Origin: Lytechinus pictus
Lineage: Eukaryota
Assembly (NCBI RefSeq): GCF_037042905.1
Contig: NC_087251.1
Coordinates: 18,540,001-18,604,000 of the forward strand
Reading direction: 5' to 3'
Length of the DNA: 64,000 nucleotides
Shown: positions 12,820-26,395 of the stretch, one piece after another
Layout of the letters: each line of letters starts with the position of its first letter
Numbering within the stretch: the stretch's first letter is position 1
Notes under the pieces: generated by a model
Seen by the model: only the letters and a program-made list of their open reading frames with translations
What the model was told of the DNA's origin: nothing
Databases searched by the model: none
Program-made: the position numbers and the translations under genes

Positions 12820-14173
12820 AGACGCCGGAAGCGAAGGGAGGGGGCAAAACGAGTTCACCCACGTGCCCCTTAAAGTAAAAAATAGGTTTTTTCTTGTCTA
12901 AAATTGTAAATTCAATAAGTGAAAAAGGGAGAAATGTTCTCCTGTTGAGAGAGACAATCTTAAATTACATCAAAATCGGATGTAAAATAAGAAATTTATG
13001 GCATTTTAAAGTTCGCTTAATTTCACAAAACAGTTATCTGCACATCCTGGTTGGTATGCAAATGAGGAGACTGATGACATCATCCACTCACTATTTCTTT
13101 TGTATTTCATTATATGAATTATGAATTATTCTAATTTTCTCCTCATTGTCAAGTGAAACAATAATTAATTCCTCCCTGAACATGTGGAATTAGCATTGTT
13201 TGATACTATATGGCTCAGTCAAGTTGGTGCTTATTGTCAAATCTGTAAAAAATGAAATATTGTATAATGCAAACAATAAAAAACAAAAGAAATAGTGAGT
13301 GATGGACATCATCGACTGACTCATTTGCATGTCACTGAGTTGTGCATATCACTGTTTTGTGAAAAATAAGCGAAACTGTAAAATGTCATAACTTTCTTAT
13401 TTTACATCCGATTTGGATGAAATTTTCAGCGTTATGGTAGTTTGATTTTTCTCTGTTTATTCAAAATAACGTTTTTCTGAGGTGGATTTGACCTTTAATA
13501 ATTCCCTTATGGTGTCAGCATATTATTTAAAAATCAGCTCGCTCTTCGCGCTTGCAGTAATTGTTTAGTTACATGCGTATCCCTTTCATGATTACAAAAA
13601 CTACTCAGCATATTTGATTTTCAGGTGTTAACGCATTAGATGTCCATAAATTCGAGCCCGCGCTTCACACGCTCGCATTGTTTATTTAGTCATTATGAAA
13701 TACCTAATCTTGTTTGTAAGAAATTTTAGGTCAAAATGTTAATTTTTTTCAGCTCGCAATTCGCGCTCGCATTATTTGATTACTGAAATATTTATCGTTT
13801 TCATGGGTAACTGAAAACAGTCCTTATATGTCTGTTTTCCCATCAGGCCTGAACGTCTACTAAAAATTTCTGCTCGCGATTCGCGCTCGCAGTGATTATT
13901 AAATTACATACACAACTTGTTCACAATCACAATCATTGCTAAGAATGTTCAATTTTCAGGACAGAATACATGAAATTTCCTAAAAAATGAGCTCGCGCTT
14001 CGCGCTCGTACTATTCTATATATGAGATTATTATTAAGGACTATCTCTTCAAAGAAACAAATATAAATCAACTTTGAACGGCCGATCGGGGAAAATATGG
14101 GTAAACAAATTTATCGCCCCCCCCCCCCCCTCTTCCCCCCTCTTCCTATTGGCGAAAGCTGGATCCGCCCCTG
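12820..14173. mobile_element. Composite MITE: hairpin-array element ending GGATCCGCCCCTG, containing a truncated TTAA-family element
   Basis: Right terminus GGATCCGCCCCTG at 14161-14173. Five GCTCGCGCTTCGCGCTCGCA-type units at 13537-14010. Left end is degenerate, so the boundary is approximate. Confidence 0.55.
12968..13494. mobile_element. Left-truncated copy of the Kolobok-like (TTAA) non-autonomous element
   Basis: Aligns by eye with 19935-20518 and 29477-30055. Ends GACCT followed by TTAA. Confidence 0.8.
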
Positions 14174-14266
14174 CATCTGCACATACTCTGATTGTATCTA
14201 CAAACTTGCTTTTTTGGTTAATATTTTAAGCATCCCTTCTTTTCCCACTGTCTGTAAGGGCTATGA

Positions 14267-15469
14267 CAGTGGTGTAACTACGGGGGGCATGGGGGGCACG
14301 TGCCCCCCAATCGGCTGACCCCCCCAAAAAAAAACGGGGAAAAGGAGAAAAAGATGGAGAAAAGAAGACAAACGTATAGTAGGAAAGAAGACATTATTAT
14401 TCATTATAATGTTATATTACATTATAATTATGTTATGTTACATTACATAACAGACATTTTCATCATAACTTTATGAAACATAATTTGCTCAGGGCCTATG
14501 TCTTCATTGTTCCTGGTGCTCGCATTGTACGTCTGCTTAACAAGATATATAATCATGCTGTACTAAAACCTACCGTTTTCAAGTCAATATACACCTAATA
14601 TACACCAAATATATTTCCTCGCACTTCCTGTTATTGTTTTATGTAGTGACATATGCTTCTTTTTCATGACTCCTTAAAGTGATTGCCCCATGTTAAGGTC
14701 TTAATAAAATATTTCCTGTCCGTGATTACGTTCGCATTAGTGGATTGGTGAGATATGTATGCCCTCCATGAATTCCTAAAATCAGTCCTTAAAATGTCCC
14801 TTTTTCTCATCTGAATATCAAAAATTTTCGGATCGCGCTTCGCGCTCGCATCAATTGGTTAGTGAAATACTTATGATCTGAATTCCTACAAGCAAGCCTT
14901 ACAATGCCCCCACCTTTGGTCTGAATTATCTAAATTTTCAGCTCGCGCTCCGCGCTCGTAATATTTGATTAGTGAGATGCGTATGATAATCATGATTACA
15001 ATGACTACAAAAAAGTGCTTAATGTGTTTAGATGTTATTCCAACAAACTTCAGCAAGCACTTGGCACTCGCATTAGATGACTATGGTGAGATATTTGTAC
15101 TCTTAATGGATTCCTAAAATATAAGTCCTTAATATCTCCCTGTTTGGGGTCAATATATACAAAATTTTCAGCTCGCGCTTCGCGCTCGCATTGTTTAGCG
15201 AGACAGATATACGTATTATGATTACAAAAATTTTATTATAATGTCCCTTATTAGGTCTGAATATCAAAAATTTTCAGCTCGCGTTTCGCGCTCGCATTAT
15301 TTGGCCAGTGAGATACATAATATCCGTTCAATGGCATTGTCCTTAAAATCAGTGTCTCTATTAGGTCAGTATACCTGGCTACTGAGCGCGCTTCGCGCGC
15401 TCACTAAGTGACTCAAAATTTTTGCTGGTGCCCCCCCCCCCCAATGCCGTGACCCACGGTACGCCACTG
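14267..15469. mobile_element. hAT-type non-autonomous element with internal ~110-bp hairpin array
   Basis: Termini CAGTGGTGTAAC...GTACGCCACTG. Flanks GGCTATGA at 14259-14266 and 15471-15478 (one extra base on the right). Confidence 0.8.
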
Positions 15470-16949
15470 CGGCTATGACATGGATAAAAGTTACCATAAC
15501 TTTGAGATTGAGATGGTTTGAGGGACAGTATGGATTAAGGTCGTTGGACAAGTAGTTTGTTGGTATGGCAAATTCATAATGTTTAGCCTGTCTTTATGCC
15601 GGTCATTGCAAATGGTACACTGGAAAACTGTAGTGTTAAAGCTGACACCAGTTTGTGTTAATAGTGGACCACACCCTGAGGTGTTAAAATTACACCCTAG
15701 AGATTGAGAGCATGGCTTCCTTCTCCTATACACTTTTTGATAATGACAGGTAGGAATAATTATGTTACCTGGTACATCATCGAGTAACCCTCTGGATCAA
15801 CAAACCTGCACCATGTCTTGTTGATATCTCCACGCTTGAACATTACTTTGGGGATATAATACCGCTGTAGTCAGACTGTCCTAGCTTCCCTCTCAAAGTG
15901 ACTAGTGAGTTTAATAATGAAACTAATCCATCCTCTGTTCTCAAGAACTAAGAACAAGATTTATCAACTTGGTCAGGTACAAACTCGAATTAGTTTTCGA
16001 TCATACAAGAGTTGAATGAATGCCTCATTAATTTCTAGAGTGGAGATCAAGTGCTACGCTTTGTATTTTTTAGAGAGAGATAGGGAGCGTTCTATCGAAC
16101 GTTCGATTGAATGACAATGGCAGTTACATGGATCAAAGACTTCCAAAGACCACTGACGTTGACCACTTATCTCCATTTAACTCTACGCATTGTTTATTTT
16201 TCTTAAGATGGCCGCGATCTTCTTTCGCGTAATATTCTCTATGAGTGAACGCCTAATGCAAATAACAACAACAACAACGTGTAATTAGCAAAAATGATAT
16301 AGGATAGAAAATCCACATACCACGATAGCACTGCACAGCTCGTATAGACGGATGTTAAATGACAATGAAATCACAACTTAAAATAAGACGGTATTATGGG
16401 GGTAGCTAGTAGTTTCCAAAGAATGCGCGAATACTGGTGAGTATATAAGGCGAGAGATCGGGTAATGGGGTTGCTTTAATTAAGGCCCGGAATTAAGGAC
16501 ACTTTAGCGCAAATATTGAACCCAGGTCACATATAGCTTGAAAGTATTTTGCTCTACTTTTTTGTCTACAAAACTTAGCTATCATATCCGCATCTCCGCT
16601 CCTAAGTAGAACATGAGCAGAGACGATGTCAAAGGGGATAGGGATAAGGATCGGGGATTGGCAACGCGACCTGACACTCTCTCTCTTATACAACATTTTT
16701 TTTGTGTGTGTCTTCTCCCGTTTCCCCCATTTTTACTACCTGAAAACCAACACCTGTTCGCCCCCCCCCCCCCCTGTGTCCGATGTTGCCTGGGTGGCCC
16801 TGATCAGAAGGGATACGATATATTGGTGCTGTTGTTGTTAAAAGTATAATTCCTATTACAGTATTCTTAAATTTTATGTCACTATGATGACAGTCATTTT
16901 TGTTGTCATAGTCGTAACGATAACAATGATGGCGATGCCGACGACGTGT

Positions 16950-17076
16950 TCTCATCATCATCATTATCATTATCCTCATCATTATCATCATCATTATCAT
17001 AATCATCATCATTATCATCATCATCATTATCAGCATCATTATCATCATTATTATCATCATTATCATCATCATTATT
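16950..17076. repeat. (CAT/TAT)n microsatellite
   Basis: Direct reading. Confidence 0.9.
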
Positions 17077-19471
17077 AACAACATCAATTACCTGACGTCG
17101 TCTGAGTTACCGGCCCCATCTTCCAAGCCAGGGGGTCAGGTCTCTCTAAAAAGACACGGAATAGGGCGGAATATACATTCACAAAATGCTGAAAACTCTT
17201 AAAAGAAACGAAGAACTGGTATAAAGAGAAAATCGAAGTTGCGAGTATTGTTTGTCATTTTAACCCGCCATTTAATGTCGCTATTTAATGTTTAGTCAAC
17301 CATCTATTCCGTTGGGAGTTTTTAGACTGAATACAGGTTTACCTAAGCTTTATCGATCAGGTGGACATTTATTGTCTCATTATAATGACGATCGTGATGT
17401 ATATGAAAAAAAGACATTGATGAAAGGCGTCGCTTTCTTGAAGCACGGAGCTATCAGCTCCATGCTTGAAGCGAAGATTAGTCTTAAATTCACCTGGTTT
17501 CGTTATAAATCAAGATCATGTTGCTGCAAAGCAATTAGTGCTTTTAAATTCATTTTTCTATTATTCAAAGGATCTCCGAATAGGGCTCATAAGAATATTT
17601 ACATGTGAGGACATGTGCGGAGTTACACGTACATGTATATATGTAGTGATTTCCTAATTTTCTTCAGTAAATTATTGTCGTTTAAAACAAAACACAGTAA
17701 AAAAATATTTATGGATGTTTTCCTTAGGGGCGTCGAATTTATGTTCAACATAGGGGGCGCCGAATTGATGTTCGACAAGGGGCGCCAAATTGATATACAT
17801 ATTATATGTAGCCTATTAAGTTTTTTTTTGAACGCTCTCGTAAATTTTTGCAGCCAGTAGTTCAAAATAAGAATTCAACTTTGTTCAGTTTTACTTGGCA
17901 TATTCATCGGATTCATTAACTATATTTGTGTGAAACGGCAACTTAAACGGTGAAAAAAGGGGTTTGCTTTGCAAGACTGGTTGTTGCAGACTTATCAACA
18001 CATTCAAATCCAGTCTCCATCTATTGAAGTCATCACATATTAGTTCAGAGGTCTGCGTTTGAACATCTTGATCATAATCAATGACCGCTCTCTTTTATCA
18101 GTCATTACAATGAAGAAAAGGCGCTACATGAGCGTAGTGCTGAAAGGGTTGAGAGAGAGGGTGAGCTTTAACATGGCTATTGTAAAGTCCATTTTAGGAT
18201 TAAGTAAATACCGATCTCTTAAGTGGGTTTGAGTCGATCGAAAATCAGTCGATGGAACGCCCTCACCCCCTCTGTCTCTCCACCTCCCCACGCTCGAGGT
18301 GAAAACGCCACGACCACAACATCCCAATATGCAGATGTGCGGCTGATTTGGAAGACTGTGTTAACCGGTTTTGAGATTTAATTTTGATTGCGATTATTTC
18401 AACGAGATAGAATTACCTGATGGATTAACAGGTGTCAATTTGATTTCGGGATCAATTTAGAAAATTTGACCATGACCTTTTAAAAATCCTGATCAGTTTC
18501 AAGCAACGTTCGGCTAAAATGCGATTTGTTTTTTCATTGTGGAATTGGTCTTAGCGTGTCGTTGACATAGGAAACTATTATTGTTTCACGTTAATTTAAA
18601 TATATGTATTTTTTATATTTCTTGGAAGACCCTATTTGAGGTGTACAAATCGAAGATTGTTCTTTTCTTGGAAGGAGAAGTTGCGTGTTCCTAAAATAAA
18701 ATCGACGTGCAAGTGATATTTTGAAAATCGTCAAACACGTGTTTCCAAACTGGAATTTAAAGGATCTACAAGACAAGTGAGTTAACATCAATGTAAATTA
18801 CTACTTTCAACTTTTTCTATGTAGAACTCTATATTACTTTTATCATATCCAATGCGTTGTAATAACATTTTAATGATTTCGTTCACTGCATGATTGCAAG
18901 ATTCGTATATCTTCATTCATAATCGAAGAAAGCTATTTTATCAAAATATGACAAATGAGATTGCTACATTCGTTTTAGATTGCAGATTTTTTTTTATTTA
19001 ATAATGATTCAAAAGAGTCAAAATGTAAGGAACATTGTAGCTAAATGCTATTCATCTTAGGCCCATTGTAAAATATAGTAATGTTCATAGTTACATCTTA
19101 TTGCATTCGTGTGTGCATGTGTGTAACGAATGAGACTCTTGTTTTCATAGAGAAAACATGGCGTTGTGTTTTACTGAAATTATAGAAAACTTTGGAAAAA
19201 CAACTACATACCGTACTGTGGCAAAATGAGCAAAACCAACCTGAGGGGCATGCACAATATGGCGTCTCTGACATCATTTTTTTTTAGTCCACAAGGGTAG
19301 TAGACTAAACAAAACTTAGACAAGGCCTAAGTGGGTTTTAGAGCAAATGTAGTGTAAACAATGTGACAATTATACGAAATTTACAGTTGATCAAAATGGT
19401 AGCTTCATTATCGTAATAAAAGTAACGAGCTATATAGTCACCGATATATCCTCGAAAACAATGCATAGGAC

Positions 19472-19779
19472 CATGGGCGAAAATCTGTCCCCAAAGGTAG
19501 GGGGGACCAGGGGCTGGAAACTTTGACAAGCAAAAAAAAAGTTATCGCCCAAAATGTATGGTCATTTTAACCCAAAAATATTGAAAAGCCAAAAAAAAAA
19601 AAGGTTTTCGGCCACAATGTAAGGTCATTTAGTCCAAAATAACATGTATTATTTCAATTGTGAATGTGTATTTTTCTCCATCATAAGAGACCAAAAATAG
19701 TAGGGGGGACATTTGATATTGTGTCCCCCCTACTATTTTGGGTATAGGGGGGACGCGTCCCCTGGGATTTCCGCCCATG
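19472..19779. mobile_element. hAT-type MITE, 8-bp TSD
   Basis: Termini CATGGGCGAAAATC...GATTTCCGCCCATG. TSD CATAGGAC at 19464-19471 and 19780-19787. Shares the TGACAAGC(A)n motif with 134-296. Confidence 0.8.
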
Positions 19780-19934
19780 CATAGGACTTGTCCTTACGCT
19801 TACCTATAAATGAAAACGCAGTGACTCTCGTTTTTTTATTAGTGCCAATCTTTTCAATAAGAAATCCGTTTTAGAAGAAAACAGATTTTATCTTAGCTAA
19901 CAGATCTAGACACAATCTTTGTACAGACCTTTAA

Positions 19935-20518
19935 AGGACAAGTCCATCCCAACAAAAAATTGATTTGAATAAAAAGAGAAAAATCCAACAAGCATAACAC
20001 TGAAAATGTCATCAAAATTGGATGTAAAATAAAAAAGTTATGACATTTAAAATTTCGCTTAATATTACAAAACAGTTATGATTATGCACATCCTAGTCGG
20101 TATGCAATGAGGAGAGTGATGACGTTATCCACTCGCTATTTGTATTTTATTATATGAAATATGAAATATTATAATTTTCTCCTCATTGTCAAGTGAAACG
20201 ATAATCAATTTATCCTTAAACATGTGGAATTAGCATTGTTTAATACTATATGGTTCAGTCAATATGGTCCAAATGACATATTGTATAATTCAAACAATAG
20301 AGAACAAGAGAAATGGTGAGTGAGGGACAATCATCGAATGCCTCATTTGCATGTCACTGACTTGTGCATATCACTGTTTTGTAAAAAAATAAGCGAAACT
20401 TTAAAATGTCATAACAATCTTATTTTACATCCGATTTTGATGAAATTTTCAGCGTTATGCTAGTTTGATTTTTCTCTATTAATTCAAATCAACGTTTTTT
20501 CTGGGGTGGACTTAACCT
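19935..20518. mobile_element. Kolobok-like non-autonomous DNA transposon, TTAA TSD, long TIRs
   Basis: TTAA|AGGACAAGTCC...GGACTTAACCT|TTAA with ~130-bp imperfect TIRs. Near-identical copy at 29477-30055. Confidence 0.8.
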
Positions 20519-21330
20519 TTAAGCATGCTTTGATATACAACGTTGCCTTGTTTGATCTTAATATCTCAACAATTATTATTGATCTTAGCTGTGGAGAAAA
20601 TGATTCAAATATCAATGAAATAAACGAACCATGGCATGCAACCTTGGCGAACAAGGTGATAACAATTTAACATCATTATTATTGATTTTGTCATACAGGG
20701 ATCTTTTATTTATATCTTTTGACTCGCTCCTGACTAACTCTTTATGTTGCCTCCCAAGGAGATTCTATTCTCCAGATCCTGTGTTTTCTACAATACCCGG
20801 ATTTACGAGAGTATTGAAATTTTAGGATGATACTGAATAATCACCTGTATGTTGTTATTACCATCATTTCTTTACGACGATTTCCCACAGTCAAGTCACA
20901 TGGAATAAATCAAGCAATAGATGGGATTGAAAGGATGTCGTGTGAAATAAGGGATCAACAGTATTAAATAAAAGAGACTAGAAATAGGGGGGGGGGGGTA
21001 GGCAAATATTAAAAACCCCAAAAATCAAGAACGGAGAAATATATAGAAGATTCGAAAATTTAAATGAGTACAGATGATTAGAAACAAGTACACAACTAAA
21101 AGAAGAAAGGAAAGAATATTATATCTAATTACTGTTTAAAAAAAGGGGGGGGGGGGCTTGTATAAAAACGATACTGGCAGAATGTAGTGAAAGGTTTTAT
21201 CATATTATTTTAGCTATTGCATCTTTCCATCAATATAGTTATTCATACTTCAATCGTTTCACATCTTAGTAGGTATATGTTCTCGGGTACCAGGGGCAAA
21301 TCCAGTGAGTGGATCAAGGTTCCTAATGGG

Positions 21331-21945
21331 CAGAGGCGTCGATCCTGGGGGGGGGGGGCAGGGGGGGCGATCGCCCCACCAATGAAAATATTGGGGGGCA
21401 AACATATCATTTTGCCCCCCCAATAATTCCGGATATGCATTAAAAAAAAAACAAGATTGTAATGTTCAGCAAGCGAGATTGAGATACACAACTCGTTCTT
21501 TATTTAAAATCGTGCTCAAAATGTCCGCTTTTCAGATTGGAATATAAAAATTTTCAGCTCGCGCTTCGCGCTCGCATCATTTCTGTAGCAAAAACCCATA
21601 CTTTTCATGATTAAATTGGTGAATGTAAATGTCCCATTTTCAGTTCTAAGCCTCAAAAGAACTGCTTCAATTTGCAATCATCTTTTCTTGGATATATAGC
21701 TTGTTCTTTATCAAAAACGTCCAGTAAACTGTCATTTTTTCAGATCGAAATATCAAAATTTTCAGCTCGCTTCGCGCTCGCATCTATTCTCTTTTAGATA
21801 CAAATCTTAATCATTGGTACCAAAAATGCTTAGAATATCAAGTTTTCAGCTCAGAATATAAAGAAATTTGAGCTCACTCTCGGCACTCGTACTATCTGTG
21901 TAGTGAGATACGTGTCTGTGTCTCATGAGTCATACATATATATAG

Positions 21946-22028
<83 letters not shown>

Positions 22029-22043
22029 ATATATATATATGTA

Positions 22044-22080
<37 letters not shown>

Positions 22081-22151
22081 TGTACGATCGAGCGCCTTTG
22101 GAACGTTAATGATTTCGCCCCCCCAATCTGAAAAATGGATCGACGCCCCTG
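21331..22151. mobile_element. hAT-type non-autonomous element, 8-bp TSD, with hairpin units and a (TA)n(TG)n microsatellite
   Basis: Termini CAGAGGCGTCGATCC...GGATCGACGCCCCTG. TSD CTAATGGG at 21323-21330 and 22152-22159. Confidence 0.85.
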
Positions 22152-23838
22152 CTAATGGGGGGGGGGGGTATATTGATCCGTTTCATGTGGCTTTCTTCCG
22201 TTTCATGTGGCTTTCTTCCGAAAAAATGAAATATTTTATTATACAAAGGGACACAGTATTCAATCATAATCAGGAAGGGGTAGCTCTTAGCATCTTTTCA
22301 ATTTTATTACTTAACCCAAATATTGCAATTTTTAAAACTATATCAAAATGAATTTGACTAGAATTTGGTAGCTATAGCATCGTGTTAATATGTACTACAA
22401 TACAACTATTTGATTATTTCTCGAAAAGAAAGAAAGGTGATAGTAGGTAAAGAGGAAAAGAAGAAGTTTACAATGATAGGATAGATGAAAATGAATAAGG
22501 ATGAAGTTAAGGAAGAATATAGAAAAAGGGAAATGAAAAGAAAAGAAAGAAGGAGCAAGAGAAGCAGAAAGAAGAATAAGAAGAGAGATGAAAACTAACA
22601 GAAAATAACAATAAGCAAAATGGAAGACAGGCAAGAGGGTAAATCGAGATCAATAAAGCAAATGAAGTAATGGATTTATAGATGAAAGCCGAAGAATGGA
22701 AATGTATTTAAAATTTGACCGCCCTTCATATAAATTGAAACGAAAGACAATCTCTTAAAGTTGAACCATGTACAGTACATCCAGGCTCAATTGTATCTAT
22801 CAATAGACTTTATAATCCCCTCGTTAAGCTCTTTATCCCTTATTTTGTTATCTTTCACCAGACATCCCCAAAATAGGCTTACGTAAATAATGATTTTTTT
22901 TACGCCATTAATTACGGGAACAGTCCAAGTTCGATTTAGAGAACCTCTTTTATAATTGTAATTCATCTCGTGGGTAGGAATATCTTTTATTTTCAATCCC
23001 TTTCTGTTTAAAACCACATTTGTTGGTAATTCTTTAATACGCGGAGAAGGAACGAGTGCAAGGGCCGATTTAGAATTATTTCGTATTCAATTTTTCTTAG
23101 AAAAATAACAATCCAAAGCTAAGTGTTTTTATCTAATATTATGTCGTCGATCAGATACATGTGCCACACTGCGTACTGCGAACGGTTGTGTTATCTGAAA
23201 TATCGGGCCAATTTTAAAACGTTCTTTGTATACATTCTCCAGCTTGTACCAATTCCTATAATGTCTATGCAATTGATCATTTACAAGGTGCAGTCAAAAC
23301 AAGCCCTATGACATTTTTACATATTTATGACATCTTTATGTATTGACGAAACCTCCTGCCAGCTATATATTTTGCTCACTTGCTGTTGTTATTGCTATCA
23401 ATCGTATGAATATGACCAATTTAAAAAAGTATTTACCTACCATAACTTTTGCCAAAGCATTCGGAGCTTAAAATCCTAAAGGCACACCAGTAAAAAGAGC
23501 ATCTATGTTTGGGATCAATCAAATGATTAAAGAAGGAGAAATCGTTGAAACAAATGATGTGTGACCTTATCTGCTGCAACTAATCCCTCAATCAAAAAAA
23601 TGCGTTGCTATTATTTGTGCTGTATCAAAAGCACAACGATTGTTTGAATCGGTCATCTTTTGTCTACCTTACAGAGCATCTTCGATTCGCCCCTCAGACA
23701 TATGAATAAAAAGCATCCAATTAAAATCCCATAAGGAATTAGCTGGGTTTTAAATATTTTCAACCTTGGAGTTATTATATAACGAAAAATATCTCAAGGG
23801 GTTGGTGTCACTCTAAATGCCCCAAATCAGCAGTTAAT

Positions 23839-25033
23839 TTGGCTCTAAGTTGTTCTTTATCAGAGAGCAGGCATTCGATGTGGTTTAGTATAAGTTAATA
23901 AAAAGCGTAAATAACAAGTATTGCTATAGAATATTTGTTAACATTACTTTGCCGAAAGGTCCATAATGGCATTGATCCTTACTTGTTTGGTTCAGTAATT
24001 CTTACTGAATCAGTGATAAAACTGATATTTTGTGATAAATGTGATTTTTTTCTCCATATATTGGCTCTAAGCTGTTCTTCTTCAGAAAGCAGGCATTCGA
24101 TGTGGTTCACTATAAGCTAATAAAAAGCATAAATAACAAGTATTGCTATAGAATATTTGTTAACATTACTTTGCCGAAAGGTCCATAATGGCATTCAGTG
24201 GCGTAGACAGGTTCGTACACCTGGGGGGATGACTGGGCTGCCAACGCTAGTGAGGGCGCGAAGCGCCCGAGCGAGGGAGCGAAGCGACCGAGCGGGAGGA
24301 GGGTGTGGGAGGGGGGTGACCCCCCTCCCACGGTAGGGAGCTTTTGCAATTTTGAACTTGAAATCGTGCAATCTGATGCATACTTAATGAGGTAAAATAA
24401 CACACACAAGCGCGCACGCACACACACACATACTCACACACCCTCACACACACACACACACGGGTGCGCGCACCACACACATACTACGCCTTGAATGGAC
24501 AGACATACATCGACAAGATCTACACACCGTGGCATACGAATACAGAATGGACTGACACATAGTATTGCATTTTGAACCACACTACGTATTTATTTATCTC
24601 TGTGAATTTTGCTGTTACACCTCTTCAGAAAAAAAAACCAATGTCAACTGTGTACCCCGGCTGTGTACACGCAGGTATAGTCTTTGTTGTCTTGATATGG
24701 GTATGTGGTTATGAATGAAAACAGCCTCTGTGGCCATTTGTGAATAGAACACATAAACAACAAACAAATAACAATATGTCTGTTCATTATAAAGCATAAT
24801 GAATACGTACATACTATGCTTTTTTTTTACCTTAAAGAAACAGGCATAGTATCCATAGATGGATATTGGCTGGCGGCTCATTAACATACAGATACAAAAA
24901 ACATAAACAGTATCACTATGATCCATGGAGTAACAATACTGCTTTGTAAGTTTGTGAAGAAATCGGAACCATAACGGCATTGCATCGTTTCAAATTAGGG
25001 CATTATTTACTTCTATTTGATCTCAGTCTTATA

Positions 25034-25073
<40 letters not shown>

Positions 25074-25515
25074 TAATGATAATAATGATAATAATAATAC
25101 AAATAAAAAATAATACTAATACAAATAATAATGCTAATACTAATAGGTTCCTTTTATCTCGCATTTCAAGACAGGGTAAATTCACACTGCGCTTTATTAT
25201 TATTATCATTATTATTATCATCATCATAATTAATATTATTAATAATATTATAATTGTTATCATTAATATTATTACTATTATTATCATCATTATGACTTAT
25301 TAAGTAACCAAATATCATTCCCCAAAACCTGGGGGGGGGGATGATTGTACATGCCATCCCCCCCACCTTGTGAGGTGGGGGGGATGCATCCCCCTCATCC
25401 CCCCCGTTGTCTACGCCCCTGATGGCATTGATCCTTACGTCTTGTTTGGTTCAGTAATTCTTACTGAATCAGTGATAAAACTGATATCTTGTGATAAATG
25501 GGATTTTGAAATATA
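23839..25515. repeat. ~222-bp tandem duplication whose second copy is split by a MITE
   Basis: Copy 1 is 23839-24060. Copy 2 is 24061-24195 plus ~25430-25515. Confidence 0.85.
24196..25421. mobile_element. hAT-type non-autonomous element, 8-bp TSD
   Basis: Termini CAGTGGCGTAGAC...GTCTACGCCCCTG. TSD ATGGCATT at 24188-24195 and 25422-25429. Contains (CA)n and (TAA)n/(TTA)n tracts. Confidence 0.88.
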
Positions 25516-25824
25516 TATTTTAAGCAGGCCATATTTTCACACGGCCAAACATAATCTCCCATCAATTTCCAATCAAAGTATGTACACTTTTAAACGTACA
25601 TGACATGTATGTTTTAAAAGGAAATGTTTTTTTTATCAATAACTATCGAACATTCCTGATTTAACGCTCTTGTAAAGAAATCGTAAATGTTTCCACTCTG
25701 CTGTATTTTTCATGAAATTTATGTACATTTCGACTATATAAGATTTTATTATACCACATACTTTGACACTCTTTTGTGATATACATAACATCGCCACTAT
25801 CATTACGTCACCCTCAGGTTTATA

Positions 25825-26395
25825 CAACGCTATGTTTCGACACCACTTTGCTAGGGTACCCTAGTGCTTAAATACTAACAGTAACGATTCGAATTTTAAT
25901 TAAAAATTCACGATTTCAATAAACGCATGCTTTGACATTATTTTTTTTCGACAACCTATATTCGGGACTCCACGTGTATGTCTCAACATTCTTGCTTCAT
26001 TATACCGCGATCCCTTAACGCCTCTATTTTCGACACCCTTATATTTCGTCACCTCTATTATGTTTCGTCACCCTCATATTTTGACACCCTATGTTTCGAT
26101 ACAACTATGATTCAATCTAACCGTGGCACTTGTACGTTTCGATACAATATGACTCCATACCCTATGCTTGGCACCCTTATGTTTGAACAATCCTATGCTT
26201 CTACACCCTATATACTCTTACGCCATACCACTTCGACTTCACTTCTTTATTCGTTTAGATGACCTTCCGATCTTTTGTTTCAACAATATGTTTCTTCTCT
26301 CCTTTGTTTTGACAGTATTAAACATTTCAACAAGAAACCACTTCGGACTATAAATATGATACGTTTTGTTTCGAAACATCTATGCTTTGAACACT
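25825..26395. repeat. Degenerate short-period minisatellite (CTATGTTTCGACACC-like units)
   Basis: Recurring TATGTTTCGACAC / TATTTTCGACAC / TATTTCGTCAC units, densest at 26020-26110. Confidence 0.6.

Noticed and set aside
13537..15402. CRISPR array (palindromic repeat with spacers)
   Set aside because: Eukaryotic context, degenerate repeats, mutually related spacers, enclosed by MITE TIRs, and no cas genes.
15769..15864. Open 96-nt minus-strand segment between CAG and GTAAC (possible exon)
   Set aside because: No pyrimidine tract, no recognisable protein similarity and no partner exons.
16686..17087. Met/Ile/His-rich ORFs (also at 8466-8748, 24980-25303 and 48824-49174)
   Set aside because: These are translations of trinucleotide microsatellites.
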